NCBI RefSeq assembly: GCF_006345805.1
Contig: NC_043001.1
Coordinates: 58,714,001 to 58,778,000, forward strand
DNA: 64,000 bases
DNA from: Octopus sinensis
Taxonomy: Eukaryota
Reading direction: 5' to 3'
The first letter of the stretch is position 1. Every line of letters begins with the position of its first letter. Positions 41,865-57,060 of the stretch are shown here, in pieces. Both the position numbers and the translations under genes were made by a program. The notes under the pieces are model-generated. The model had not been told where the DNA came from. It was given only the letters and a program-made list of their open reading frames with translations, and searched no databases.

Positions 41865-41924
<60 letters not shown>

Positions 41925-42289
41925 CAAATTTTATTTATGCTGTATGTAATCAGATATTGTTACTTTGAATCTCAAGACTGTCTCATGACATTGATTGATT
42001 CTAGTTTCAGCTCATGAGCAGTGGCCATGCTGGGGCACCGCCATTTGTGGCTATTTAGAACGATGCAATGTTCTAAGATTTTGATCGAATAGCGAAGCAG
42101 AGTAAAGAAACAAAAGTAATGAAATATATGTGAAGATGTGGGCATGTGGTATGTGTGGAATTGTAGCTGCGAAGCATTAGTACAGGTGTAGTTGTGTATT
42201 CTTAGCGCAGGTCTTTAACATGGATTTAGCTTCTGTCCTACTGTGTGGCACTTCGTGCTTGTTTCTGCCATATTGTCCCATGCCGACCA

Positions 42290-42485
42290 AAAGCAGGTGT
42301 ATTAGTCAAATACTCGGGAAGAATGGAAAAGCCTTTGATGTTTCGAACCTACGCTCTTCGATAGAAATGATTGAGAGGGGGAAAATTGAGTGAGAAAACA
42401 AAAGGAGAGAGAAAATTGCGTAGGGATTATCGGTTTAACATGAGATAGCCGGAAGAAAGTGGCTACGTGAATATGTATATATATG
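42290..42485 (-). mobile_element. Old copy of the short hammerhead-bearing repeat (same family as 59556)
   Basis: gtattag..ctttgatgtttcgaacctacgctcttcgatagaaa aligns to gtattag..cttttacgtttcgagcttacgctcttctacagaaa; ends at (TA)n. Confidence 0.6.
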
Positions 42486-42524
42486 TGTGTGTGTGTTTGC
42501 CGCTCATCCTTGTGTATGTCTTTA

Positions 42525-42715
42525 CCCCAACACCACTTCATGGTCGGTGCTGGTTGTTTTACCCTCCCGTAACATAAAATTTCTATGGGATTCAGATGAA
42601 ATCTATAGAATAAGCACCAGGTTTGAGAAAAAATACTGGGGTCGACGAAAGACTTCAATGATGTACACCAGTATGGCTGCTGCCCAATGACTAAGAGAAG
42701 TAAACGATAAAAAGC
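42525..42715 (+). mobile_element. SINE family B tail fragment
   Basis: ggtgctggttgttttaccctcccgtaac..tagaataagcaccagg..ctggggtcgac..ccagtatggctg. Confidence 0.6.
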
Positions 42716-43185
42716 AAGAGCTAAGCTGTTACTCAGAGGTTTAGGTAACTGTTCTTCACACATTGTCATGTATTCTGAGCATTATTATAGTTTATAAGAT
42801 TTCATGAATACTAACCTATCGTATAAAGCTGGTTTCGCAGCTACATTTTAAAATAACGGCTTACTGACGTTTAAAAGCGAATTACCGTAAATGAAAATTA
42901 GATAAACATTAAGTCGATTAAAGATTTTTAAAAAATGATTTAGGTGTTAAAATACGAAATACGTAAAAACAAGTTTAAAAATATGGAAAAGGAGGCAGAC
43001 CTTATCGAAAAGAAGATACTAAAAGTTATTAAAATATAAAGAGGAAGAACAAATCAAAAAATTAAAACGATGATAAGGTTGAATGTGTATTAAAGAAAAA
43101 ATAAAAATAAATAACGAAATAAATAAGTAGATGAAAATTAAGATACTACCAAGAAGGAAAGACAGTCGGCTATCAAGTTGACTAG

Positions 43186-43217
<32 letters not shown>

Positions 43218-44599
43218 ATATTGCTGGAAAGAAGGAGAAGACATAGTAAGGGGCTAAGGCAAAAAGACAGTGAGACGGAGGAGTAACAACTTGAGCCCAA
43301 ATAGACTATTATGTGGCACTTTGCTGAAGTGTTTAGAGGAGACGGTAGACAGCAGATAAGGATGGACTTTACCGCTCTCCAGTATCTCTGGACAAGTCAT
43401 ACTTAGTTCTGCAAAATTCTGCTAAAATTTGAGGAAATAAGGCAAAAAATAGCTGACAGAACGATGGGTAATTCAATGGAGCTGGATGCGTGGCCTTACA
43501 AGGTTTATCTTTATATCCCTCACTTGTTCAGGGGTCTCTATTAGTATATGTGTACTGAAACACGTTGCAGAAAAGGAAAATTCCCAGTTCTGCAAAAACT
43601 GTTCTAGTAGTACTGCTGAGAACTAATTCAAACAAGGAAATGATTTTAACTACTTCAAACTCATAAATGTACCAAATGCAGAGTTAAATGTTGGAGCCAA
43701 GGTATTAGCGCTTATCATACTCTGGTAGTTGAGGCACAGACATGTGACATACGACGCAGATGTATTCGCGACGACCACCACTTAACGTGATATTCATAGA
43801 ACGATGTATTTAAGAATTAGTGGCTGCCTTCAAAGCAGGTGGTTTCGGGACCTCAACCTGGATCGCTGAACTGTGGGGAGATATTTGCTTGGTGGACAGA
43901 AAGATCGGCACTCGTAAAAGCAAATACTCCAGCATTTCTATAACAGCTAGCATTCGTGCTTACCATTTGTTTGACGCGCTCGTAGTGTTCCCAATCGTTT
44001 GTTGACTTGTAGAATTATGTCAAAGTGCTGCCACCACATGTCGGAAGGATCCAGCTATCGGCCAACTCCAATGTGGCGAGGGAGGGGAGACAGTTTTCCT
44101 TTATCTTGTGTTCATGACAAAGAGTCTGTATGGTGTACGAGACTGAATCGACATTCTAAAATTCCTTTAGAAAAAGAATGTAAAGGTTCAGATGAAAGTT
44201 CTTCTCAGATCCGAGACACACATACATACACCAAAATAAATTTGTTGAAATAGGGGGAAATGTGGCTAAGATTGCCCAAGTTTGCCTAGCTGGCACTTAT
44301 AGACTGAAGACGACGCAGGGGAAAAGTGTATTCACCACGGGCTTCCTGGAAATTAGTGTCTTTCGTGATTTGCGAGCTTTCTACGTTATCCCAGTGTGGT
44401 GATTCTCCCTATTGAAATTTTTTTTTTAAATTATTTATGGTAAGCGTTTATTGTTTTAAAGTGGTTTTATGTAAACTCCCAACGCCGTTTCTACAGTCCC
44501 AAATAATTTTTGCGGCACTTGCAGACATTAAATAAGAATTATTTTTAATAATAATGACTGAAAAGTTTGAAAGAAAGCCAGCAATTTTGCAGAGAGGTA

Positions 44600-44772
44600 A
44601 GTAAGCGGAGTAAATCACACCTCATTTTTCGGGTGGTACTTAATTTATCGACAACGAAAGGATGAAAGATACAGTTGACCATCGCTTATTTACAACTCGG
44701 ACCGTAGATTGCCGGAAAAAAATTTCGCTAGGCATTTTGTGCAACGAGTTAAAGATTCTACCAGCTCACTTA
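44600..44772 (-). mobile_element. Decayed SINE family A
   Basis: ggtacttaatttatcgacaacgaaaggatgaaag..ttcgctaggcattttg..gattctaccagctcac. Confidence 0.65.
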
Positions 44773-44990
44773 TTTACTATATGTGGTTTGATAAAGGAAA
44801 ATTTCATATAGTTTATTGAAATATTCTTTAGAAATCATCAAAAGTTAAAATTCTATGTTGGATCTTTTTAAGCAACTCTCAAATATTTAACTAGCATGCA
44901 CATTAATAAAATTATCATCAGCATCCTCATCATCATCATCATCATCATCTTCATCTTGACTATTATTATTATTATTATTATTATTATTGT

Positions 44991-47029
44991 TCAGTAGTTT
45001 TATTTTTATAGCGTGCTTTCACTTCACTACCGAGCGCAGCTCTGTGTGCCTTGGGTATGTGCTGTGATTTGTTGTGATGCTCTGATGGTTATTGTATGGA
45101 AAGTGTTCTGCGTAGGATGTGTGCAGTGCCTAGTAGTGCAATTTTCTGTATGTTATATGTGTTTGTAAGTCCTGGTGTTTTTGTTATGTATTTATCTGAA
45201 TATGTTTTTATCATGCCTAATGCACCTACTATGATAGGAATTGTTTTTGTTTTCAGATTCCACATTCTAGTTACCTCTATTTCCAGGTCTTTGTATTTTG
45301 AGAGTTTCTCCATTTCTTTTAGAGACACGTTGTCATCTGCCGGTATTGATACATCAATTAGAAAGCATTTTTTTTCTTCATGATCTCTGACAACTATATC
45401 TGGTCTGTTGGCCTTAATTTCTCTATCTGTGTGTATCGGCATATCCCAGAGTATGGTTGCTTTCTCGTTTTCTGTGACCTGTTCTGGTGTGTGCCTATAC
45501 CATCTTTTTTCTGTTGTTATTCCATAATGTTGGCATAGCTTCCAATGTATGTAGGTTCCAACTCCGTCATGTCTGTGAATATATTCCTTCTTACCCAGGA
45601 CTGGGCAGCTAGAGGTAATATGATTTATTGTTTCTTGTCCATCTCCATATATTCTGCAGTTACTTGTAATATTTCTGTTCATTACGTGTTTTTGGTAATT
45701 TCTGGTGGGGAGGCTTTAGTCTTGTGCTGCAATTAAAAATCCCTCTGTTTCTGCTTTGCGTCCTGAGCTCAACCATTGCTGGAATTTTTCTTTGTCTATT
45801 TCTTTTGCGTTTAGTTTAGTGCAGTATTTACCATGAGGGGGCTTTTCTTGCCATCGTTTTATCATGGTTCGTTTGTGTTCTATTTTTAGTTTGGATTTCA
45901 TTTGTTTTATAGCTTTTGTTGTTTCTTCATCATCTTCTTCTTCTTCTTCATGTTTATTAGGTGGTATGATTTCTTGTTTGTATTTGTCAGCTTCCTTAAA
46001 TACTGAGAACAGTTTTTTGTTTTGCTCGTGTTTTGCTGCTATTTGTATCAGTTTTCCTTCCTTCTGAAGTAGATATTTTTGCAGTCCTATGGTGGTTATT
46101 TTATAGTAGTTTTCCAGCTGTATAAGGCCTCTACCACCTTCTATACGTTGTGTATATAGTCTTTCTATGTCAGATTTTGGGTGATGCATCCTAGATCCTG
46201 TCATTATTTTTCTTGTTTTCCTATCTGTTTTGGACAGTTCATTTTGTGTCCAGTTAAGGATATTGTAGCTGTAACTTATAACTGGGACAGCTAAAGTGTT
46301 GATACCTATTATCTTGTTTTTAGCATTGAGCTCTGTTTTTAGTATTGATCTAACTCGTCTATAATATTCTTTTTTTATTTTCTCTTTCATTTGTGTGTGT
46401 TGTGTCTTGTCTAGTTCATGGATTCCTAAGTATTTGTAAGTTTGGCTTTGGCCTAATTCTTTTATTTCATTGGTTTTATCTAGTGTGATGCTGTTACTCT
46501 TAACTAGTTTTCCTCTTTTCATGGTTACTTTAGCGCATTTTTCTAATCCAAATTTCATATCTATTTCTTTGGTAAATCCATGAACTGTCTTTAATAGTGT
46601 TTCCAGCTGTTTGTCATTTTCAGCGAATAGTTTTAGGTCATCCATATATAAAAGGTGGCTGATCGTTTTGCCGTAACATTTATATCCGCATCCAGTTCTA
46701 TTTAGCATATCAGATAGAGGTGACAGTGCCAAGCAGAAAAGGAGTGGAGAGAGCGTGTCTCCCTGGAATATTCCTCTCCTAATGGGGATGTCTTTGGTTT
46801 TCATGAGTCCCTCTTTTGTTTGGAGGTGTAGGACTGTTTGCCATTTATTCATAGAGTGCTCTATGAATTTTATGATTGTTGGTGCTACTTTGTTAATGGC
46901 TAGTGTTTCGAGTATCCATGTGTGGGGGATGCTATCAAACGCCTTTTTGTAGTCAATCCAGGCCATACTGAGGCCTTTCTTCTTTCTGTGGTTGTCTTCA
47001 GTTACGGCTTTATTAATCATTACTTGATC
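44991..47029 (-). mobile_element. Second 5'-truncated Dong/R4 LINE copy, open for 644 codons except one nonsense codon
   Basis: ORFs 45716..47020 and 45089..45682 are in the same frame, separated by a CAA to TAA change; same 3' UTR as copy 1; (ATT)n on both flanks. Confidence 0.95.
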
Positions 47030-47160
<131 letters not shown>

Positions 47161-47173
47161 ATATCATCATTGA

Positions 47174-47390
47174 AGACGGCAAGCTGGCAGAATCGTTAGC
47201 ACGCTAAACAATATGCTTAGCGGTATTTCGCCAGTCGCTATGTTCTGGGTTCAAATTCTACCGAGGTCGACTTTGCCTTTCATTCTTTCGGGGCCGATAA
47301 ATTAAGTACTGGTTGAGTACTGGGGTCGATATAATTGACTCAACCCCACCCAACCAACTTTCAGACCTTGTATCTATAGTAGAAAGGTTT
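47174..47390 (+). mobile_element. Monomeric SINE family A (standard tail)
   Basis: gacggcaagctggcagaatcgttagcacg..ggtatttcg..gggttcaaattc..gtcgactttgcctttc..ccttgtatctatagtagaaagg. Confidence 0.85.
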
Positions 47391-47404
47391 ATTGTTGTTG
47401 TTGC

Positions 47405-47476
<72 letters not shown>

Positions 47477-47498
47477 AACAACATCAGCAACAACAATG

Positions 47499-47553
<55 letters not shown>

Positions 47554-47689
47554 TAATAATATTATCATTATCTCTTTATCACTGGTTTTGTTGGAAATCC
47601 TGCAGTTCCGCATACGTAGCGGGCTTCCTACCTGTAGCCTACGGTACAATACTATTCGTTCTTTTCAGCTAACGTTGTCTTGGTTATTC

Positions 47690-49060
47690 TGGCTGGGTCA
47701 TGGGATGCTATGGTAGTTAATTTTGCAAATATCTTCATGGTAAAATTTGAAACGCAATTAATGGAGACTTTCGAATCCCTGTATGGTTCATTGACGACGC
47801 CTTCTTTGTCTGGGAAAGAACACAGGATAGTTTAGTCAAATTTTATATTCCTGTGACTGCTTGGCGGAAGACTATGTCTTTAAGTCCAAAATAAAATTCA
47901 CGTCGAACTTTTCAAAAACTAGCGTCGAATTTTTTGACACAAATTTAAGTTTTCGGAAGGCAGAATAGGCACAGAATCATTTGGCAAAACCACATAATTC
48001 TATATTTTTCTCTACCGCCGTTCTGAATATCCACATCATACAATCAGATCGAAGTCCTAGATTTTGAGGATAAAACATATTTGCACAGACATTGGGGATT
48101 ATTGGAAACATGCAAATGCTTTTGTGCGCCATTGTATAAGGAGCGGTTATAGTGACTCACGATTAAAGAAAATCGCAAATAACATAACTGAAATTAGTAG
48201 TGATAATCAAACTTTGACGCCAAATTTTAGCAGGCATAAAAGGGCTTATGGCGGAATTCTTTTAGTGATTAACTGGCACCAAACTTTCGCTGGCATTTCA
48301 AGTGTTGCATGACAGTTACCAACATTTTTCGCAAAAAATATCCTCATTTCCTACAAATATTACCTTCTCGGCCTATTATAGCCTTTAGACGTGATAGAAA
48401 TATTAAAGAAATATTGACCAGTATATCCAACTATTGGAGTTTCTGAACGCTGCACCCCACAATAACACCTATTAGAATGTTATGATTTACACAGAATGAT
48501 GGAACTGTAAGGATTCCCATTTCGTGTATGCAACGGAATGCTCCAAATGCGAAATGAATTATGTTGGTTGCACAACAGAACGATTACAGAAAAGATTTAA
48601 CGGACATAGGTACGACTTCAGACAATAACAGCGGTTCCACGGACTTGCGGAGCATTTCACATCCAACGGATGTAAATCTGAGGAAGACCTGAAGGTGCAC
48701 ATTCTCAAAAAATACCCTCACTCCACTACTCTTTCAGTCCTCAAAACCCAAGAGCATAGATATATTTGTGAACTGTTGGCATCTCAGCCTGGAAAAATTA
48801 CTAAAATAGCAGGTGAATACCACCATATTTACGCTAAACGTTTTGACTGAATAATTCTTTTCCACAATTCTTTTTTTCTTTCTTTCCTTCGTTCTGCTAC
48901 CTTTTGTTAAAGACCGAAGACTGATGACGTCGTTTTACATGGAAAGAAACGTAGTTATTCGAGTTTGATTTTGAATGTTTCAGCGTTTCCTATCTTTGAA
49001 TTTCATTTCATTTTATAGTTTGACCTCTTAAAAGACACAGAGTATCGAAATATTGTTCAT
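47690..49060 (+). mobile_element. Penelope-like retroelement relic (RT + GIY-YIG endonuclease)
   Basis: VNFANIFMVKFE, WFIDDAFFVW, ILRIKHIC, CSKCEMNYVGCTTERLQKRFNGHR..GLAEHF; CTGATGA..GAAACGTA follows downstream. Confidence 0.85.
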
Positions 49061-49170
49061 TGGTTTCATTTTCATTTTAATAAACAGAATCAATCTCTAT
49101 TTATTATCAATAACAGTCGCGCTCTTCTTATTGCTTTATTATCATCATCATCATCATCATCATCATTATT

Positions 49171-49221
<51 letters not shown>

Positions 49222-50583
49222 TGTATTTTTCCCCGTGTATGAGGACGATGAGATCTACAAGACAATGAATGACAGTAGTACCAGAAGAAAAAATAGATTT
49301 AATGTATCGATTATATCGAAGACATACCTTGGTACGGCGCATCTCTGAATAATCTGTATCAGTAATAAATTTAGAACTCTGAACTGTCAATAGATAAGTC
49401 ACTTATTAATTTATTCAATGCTTTATATGACATGAAATTTTAGAAGAGAGTAAGAAAATACAGATGAAGCTGAAACGAGTGATAAAGAAATACATTAGAT
49501 ATGAGGACATGATATGAAAACATAAATACTGCTCCTGAGAGAAAAATGCGTGGAATAAATATACTCTTATCCTGTTTGTATCAAGTATCTAATTTTACAG
49601 TATATCATGTGAACAACTGACGCGCAAAGAACAACACTATTACAGCCCAAGTCTCTTTTTTGTGTCTATACGATGTGTCCGATTTGTAATTTCATTTTGA
49701 TATTAGTTATATGTATCCAAATTAATTTAAGAAATGAATTAACGGCCCCGCAAAATTACCGCAAGCATTATAACTAGCAATTCCAGACAGGAAATAAAGA
49801 AACGGTCTTTGGCAAAACATCGCCCGTGGGCGACATGCTGAATGTTGTGTACTTCGTAATGCGGTCTTGCAACAAGCCAGAGATATGGTGTTCAGATTCG
49901 TCAATGCATTTGTTTCTTTTGTCTGTCTAATTGAATTTCATGATGGAAGATTGAATTTAGGAAATGAAATAACGTTTGTTCATTTCTGAGAGGAAGATCT
50001 GTATCTGTGACATGAAAAATATAGTATATACATAAACTGGACGATAATAAACATAATGTAAACTTTATGTAACTAATGACTGACATACAAGCAGATATAA
50101 AATCGCTTGAGAGTTCCTACTACAAACATTATGTATTGATAGAAATATGTTTGAAGTCTTCAGTGTTAGAGCTTCAACATTTTAAAACTATCCAGAATGA
50201 AATATTACAATAAAGCATTAATATAATGAGTTTCTTTTCTAACTATTCACAGTGGGGTTCCTAAGACGTAAGAATTACTTAAAGTATTATATCAGTAAAA
50301 TCAGTCAAAAATTTCAATATCAATGTCCATATAAATGTCCACACACAAATATATATAAAAGTATGAACGAGTGTGTTTATGTGCGTATGTATATTCAAGC
50401 TCATATTTACATAAATTGTTTATATGCATATATATATGCACCAAATGGCAATTGCTAAAAAGCATCCGTGAAGTAAAATCATGTAGCAACACCAAATAGC
50501 GGTGCCCCAGTATGGCCACAGCTCGTGAGCTGAAACTAGTTAAAATAAAAAAAAATATATATATATATATGGACAGATATATC

Positions 50584-50652
<69 letters not shown>

Positions 50653-50724
50653 TATACATACACACACAAGCACACGCACACAAACGCACGCAGAAACACA
50701 CAAACATATACATTTTAGGTTTTA

Positions 50725-51580
<856 letters not shown>

Positions 51581-52310
51581 TATGAGTAATGGGGAAATAA
51601 AAAATGACCTTGCGACTGAATATAATTTTGTTTAACCTTAAGCATTTAAACTGACCATATCCTGCCCAAGATATTTTCATTTCTTTTATTCCAACCGGCC
51701 AGATCTGGCTTTTCATACCTACCTTGCAATGTCATACTAACAATAAGCTATTGCATCATCAACATCTGTTTCGTACCTCCTGTAGACGGCGAAGTCCTCT
51801 ACAAGTCGTTGAGTGTCCTAGTTAGGAAAGATTCGTTACATGTTCCAATGTCTCTTTAGAATTTTTGGCATTTAAACTAGTCATATCTGACCCAACTATT
51901 ATACTTGTTTTATGTTCACAACCAGTCAGATCTAACCTATGAACACACACAAATAAACTCACACACACACACAAACACACATATCTTGGGCTTATGTCAG
52001 TTTGCCTGTACCAAATCTATTCACAAGTGTTTGGCCGATCGTAGGTTATAGAAAACACTTGACCTCGTTGTCTTGGACAGTCTTCAACTGTATTATATTC
52101 TAAAAGTAGACACATTCTATAACTACAGTCTCATAAGCTGGACTGGCTAACACAGTATATCTAGATCGCTTTCTTGAATAAGAACTCTCCCAAAGTTAAA
52201 CGTGTTTGATTATAATTTTTAATGTTAGCATTATACTCATTCCACCGAATTTCCCACGTCTAAACATTTTAACAATTATTCATCATATTGTAATATTACA
52301 CTACTAGGTA

Positions 52311-52575
52311 AAGCGGCAAGCTGGCTGAATCGTTACAGTACCGGACAAAATGCTTAGCAATATTTTGTCCTTCAAGGCGGCGAGCTGTCAAAGTCGTCAG
52401 CACGTATTTCTTCCATCTTTGTACTGGGAGTTCAATTTCAGCCCTGGTCGGCTTTGCTTTTCATCTTTTCAGGGTCGATACAAGAAGTAACAGCTGACTA
52501 CTGGAGTCAATGTAACCGTTTTAATTGCCTGCCCCGATGTTGCTGTCGTTGTGCCAAAAGTTTGAAATGAATATT
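52311..52575 (+). mobile_element. Decayed SINE family A with duplicated head
   Basis: aaagcggcaagctggctgaatcgtt.. followed by aaggcggcgagctgtc..gagttcaatttc..gggtcgatac. Confidence 0.65.
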
Positions 52576-52599
52576 TCATCCGCCTTGACGTTATGATTT

Positions 52600-53500
52600 T
52601 AAATTAATATACCATACTAGCTTCTATTTGACCTGCATAGATTACAAAGAAATTTCATTAATTAATTTTGAATATTGTGAATTTAGAATTTTTTGATACT
52701 CTCCTATAAGGGATTGCAAAAAATTCTATATATCTAGGGAAATTATTTGGCTTATCTTAAATTAATTCCCTTCCTTTACTTTTTAATATATCTTATTGAC
52801 TCCTATTTATGTGCTAAATTGATAAGGTTTTTATTTTCCAAAGTTAGTAAATATTATGTCTAGTATATTCTTTTAATTCAACTCATTAATAAACTAAATC
52901 ACTATTTACTAACTAATTATGATTCTACATTAATAGAAATATATATATATATTTATATAAATATGAATTGATTTCTATATTTTCTATCCCTATAGAATTT
53001 ACTAATATTTATTGAAATCTTTGGAAAATTATCTAAAGAATATTTACTGAAAATTCATAACATAGACTTTGGCTGTTAAATGGTAACGGACATTGAAAAA
53101 CCTCTAGAGCATTAGTAGTCTTTAATCTCCCTACCCCACCAAGTTCAGCCTGCTAGCGTTTTGCTATAATACATTCAAATATGTCTAAACTAAATCCCCC
53201 AATATAAGGATGGATTTATGGTTTTGACATTTGTAATACCCATTCCTCAATCTATAAATAGAAAAAAATTCTTGTTTGTTTCCATTCAACCAAGAATTTT
53301 AAAAAATCTTCCCCACTGATAGATCTAAATAACAAAGTGAACTTAGTGGTAAAATCTACAGACAGAGAATGAACATACTAACATCATGTTCTTAATGATG
53401 AAATTAAATTTTCTGTCTACATATCTACCCTCTTTGTAATGTTGGCAAATGATATAAGTATAAGAATGTGCATTGTCAGTTTAATTGAAAAATTCTATGT
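52600..53500 (-). mobile_element. Possible very old L1-clade ORF2 C-terminal relic
   Basis: Weak minus-strand fragments TKFTLLF..LKFLVEWK, PYIGGFSLDIFE and FLCNLC; heavily disrupted. Confidence 0.3.
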
Positions 53501-53604
53501 GGCTGAAGATTGCTCGACATTTTAAAACTAATGTAATACAGTGTTTAATACAATGAAGTAAGTAGCATGAAGCAATTTTACTACACTACCTTGGATATCT
53601 TTGT

Positions 53605-53647
<43 letters not shown>

Positions 53648-53949
53648 TATATATAGATGTATGTATGTATATATAGACATTCACATTTACATGTATATAC
53701 ATATAAACAAACGGATTACAAGATGAGTGGGCTCCAGTATGTCCAAAGAATTTTTATACTACACCAAATATTGCTTGGGCCGATAGCATTGCACATATTC
53801 ATTTATGGCACATAGTATGAATGAATTTATATATACGTAGGTACGTATCCAGATATTTTGTGTTCCAACCTCGAAAATACACGCACACGCACTTACATAC
53901 ATACATTTGTACAGAATAGAAAGAAGGTTAGTAACTCTAACTTTATTAA

Positions 53950-56900
53950 AAAATTCAAAATTAACCTTCTTCGCAACTCTACGTTAAAAAACGAAAACGT
54001 GAATGATATAAGACTACCATGTGGTTTCACAGCTAGCGACATTCTTAAAGATTCCGTATTGCCTGCCGGCCAAGCTACATTGCTGGCTCAAGTAACTGAC
54101 CACTGTCCCCCTACTACGACTATGGTAAGTAGAAGGCACAAACGCAATGATTATTGTAGTAGTAGTAGTAGTAGTGGTAGTCAGGATTACATACTGGCGA
54201 AATATGCCCTTACTTGAATTTTCCGAGAAAAATTAACTTTGGATTTGATTGACTGTCTCAAGAAGAGAATATTCTCTGCCAAAGTAAGTAAAACACCACA
54301 AGATACGGTATTAAAAACTGCTAACGAAATTGGTGATGAATATTTACAACAGTGTGATGAACCCACATACTGGCAGATTAACGCATGTCTGTATGCTCTG
54401 GCTATTACAGTACATGAATGATATTCAAAAGTAAACAAAACCGAAAGTACCATCATAGGTTTTGAAGACAGTAAAAACTATATCTTGTTTACTGAAGACC
54501 TTCAGTCATGTAATGATGCTTATTGCATGCAAACAAGCAAATCGCTATACGTCCCACCAAGAGAAAATAATGAAGGAGATACCAATGATGTTTGGAGCCC
54601 GCAAAAGAGGACATTCACTCGCTAACAGATTACCCTCAAGCAGAAGCTAAAAGCTGTCAATGAAAAATCTTCGACATCAGAAGAGAATAGCCGAGAGAAC
54701 AATAAACAAAACTTTTAAGCGGAACCAGGCAGCAGTTTATAGAGACATGAGAGGAGGAACAGTAAACATCTCGAAGCTTCTTCACGAGAAGACATAGACT
54801 CCTTCTGGAGGAAAATCTGGTGAGAAGAGAATGAATTTAACAAAGATCCTCTGAGGCTGGAAGAAATCCGAAAACGTTATTGCTCTTGCGTTAAATCCAA
54901 TACTTACAATATTGATGGTGAAACTCTTGCAACTCTGATCCAGAACTACAGAATGGAGAAGCACCTGGAAGAGACTTCATTGTTGGATATAGTTACAAGA
55001 AGTCAACATTCTACCCACCATATCTTATCAATCTTTCATTGGGAACAGTAGCATGCCACGCTGGTTAGCTCTGGCAGAGACAAAATTGATCCTCAAATGT
55101 AGAACCAGCCCCATGACCACAAACCAGCCAATTGCATGTCAAAACGTAATGTATAAGATATACACAGCATGTTTAAAGCCATTCCTCCGGGACCATTTTG
55201 AAACGAATAACATTATCACAGCAGAACAATCATCTGGGAAGAATAGAGTCTGGGGATGTACCGAGCAATTGTTAATCAACAAAACTCTGATGTCAGGGTG
55301 CGAGGGCATAAGGGGAACCTAGTTTTAATGTCGCTAGATTACAAGAAAGCCTTTAACTTTGTTCCCCACTCATGGATGCGAGAAGCCCTTCAACTTACTA
55401 AGGTTCCAGTGGGAATAGTCAAAGCCATAGCTGACCTGACTTCATCGTGGGCCACCATCTTGAAATTAAACACAAAGAGTGATTGTATTATCACCGATAG
55501 AATAGAGCCTCTCTGTGATGTTGTTTATGCTTTCTATAAACGCCTTGTCATTCATGTTAAGGAAGTCTGAAGAGTATCTCACTGGATCACAAAGAAACAA
55601 AAATACCTAAATTAAAACATTGTTTCTTTATGGATAACTTAAATTTTTATGCAAAGAATATGCATGAAATGAAAAAAGAGCATTGACCTAGTTACAACAT
55701 TCTCAAAGGATAATTGTTGCTATACGGTTATGAAAAGTGGGGAAAACTATAAACGAGATCAGCAACATCTCAGTCAATGATCTGACTGTTTCCCCTGTAG
55801 CTGACGGGGAATGTTACAAGTATCTAAGGGTGGATGAAAATATATATTGCAATGGCACCTGTAACAAAACACGTGTGACACTAAAGAATACTACAGCCGA
55901 ATAAACACAATTTTGACCTCAGAACTCACTGCATTCAATAAAAACGTGGCCCACAATGTGTTTACAGTGCCAGTACTCATACCAACATTTGGGTTGCTTG
56001 AATGGACGCTTGATGAGATCCGAGCCATTGATGTGAAAACCTGAAAAATATTAACAAGCACACATAATTTCCACATAAACAGTGACGTAGACCGCCATGC
56101 TTGAAACGAAAACAAGGCGGCAGAGGCTTAACGTCGATCCAAAATGCCTTTGAATGTGTCGAAGTGCATCCTTTGACCAAGTTGGAATACATGAGGTTTG
56201 ATAACATCATAAGATTTGGACGGTAGTTCCTTGAGCAACACTCTTAGTCTGATAACCTAGAATTCATGCCCAAAGAAGTTCCACCACTCCACCTCAACGT
56301 ATCATCAGATGATAGGATGAGCATGTATAAGCAGAAGACTATGCATGGATATGTTAGTAGAAAGCACTGTGATGATCGATCATCAAAGCAGTTTATCATG
56401 AACCAATAGCAGGATTCCTACCCCAACACTTTGAAGGGTATGCGTTTGCAATCAAGGAACAGGAAATATCAACCAGGTACCTGATACACAAAAGGGATAG
56501 ACATGCAGGAAAAGCCGTAAAATGTGACAACCGATGAAGTCTTTGTGGAGTCCATACTGAATATATCACCTACATCATAATCAGTTGTCCGAAAATCTCA
56601 TCACGGTATTATCTACCAATGAGATATGACGTTGTAGTTAGGGCACTCTATAGCACGTAATAAAACGAAATACTGGTGCAACGTACCAGTGAAGACCCCA
56701 ATAAAATGTAAGCACAACAGACCTGATATAATGATTTGGGATAGGGAAGAGGAACTGTGTATAGTTGTAGAAATTAGCTGCCAGTGGATGTTAACATAAA
56801 GCTGAAGATCAGTGAAAAAGAGAACACCTATGCTGAACTAATGAGAAATTTGCATTTACTTTATCCAGATTACAAGTTCAGTTTTATGCCTGTAATTATT

Positions 56901-57060
56901 GGGATACTTGGATAGGTAACATACTGCCTAAATAACAATCTTGAGAAATTACATTTCTCAAAACCAGAATGCAGAAAGTTAATTCGAAAAATACAAATCC
57001 AATCCCTTACATGAACTGAAAAAATCTGTAAAACTTTCCAGATGATTTTCATTTACGTAT
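53950..57060 (+). mobile_element. Diverged R4/Dong-related LINE (second family), heavily disrupted
   Basis: YWQINACLYALA, APGRD, QPIACQNVMYKIYT, GCTEQLLINK, SLDYKKAFNFVPHSW, FMDNL, CSLCG, NRPDIMIWD..VEIS, FMPVIIGILG; followed by (TACA)-rich repeats. Confidence 0.8.

Noticed and set aside
44300-44345. ctgaaga...gaaa possible hammerhead (similar cores at 9838 and 20783)
   Set aside because: No stem II or stem I pairing, or no GAAA in register.
52580-53500. Possible mitochondrial insertion because of extreme AT content
   Set aside because: No recognisable mitochondrial gene or tRNA; a weak L1-like reading fits better.
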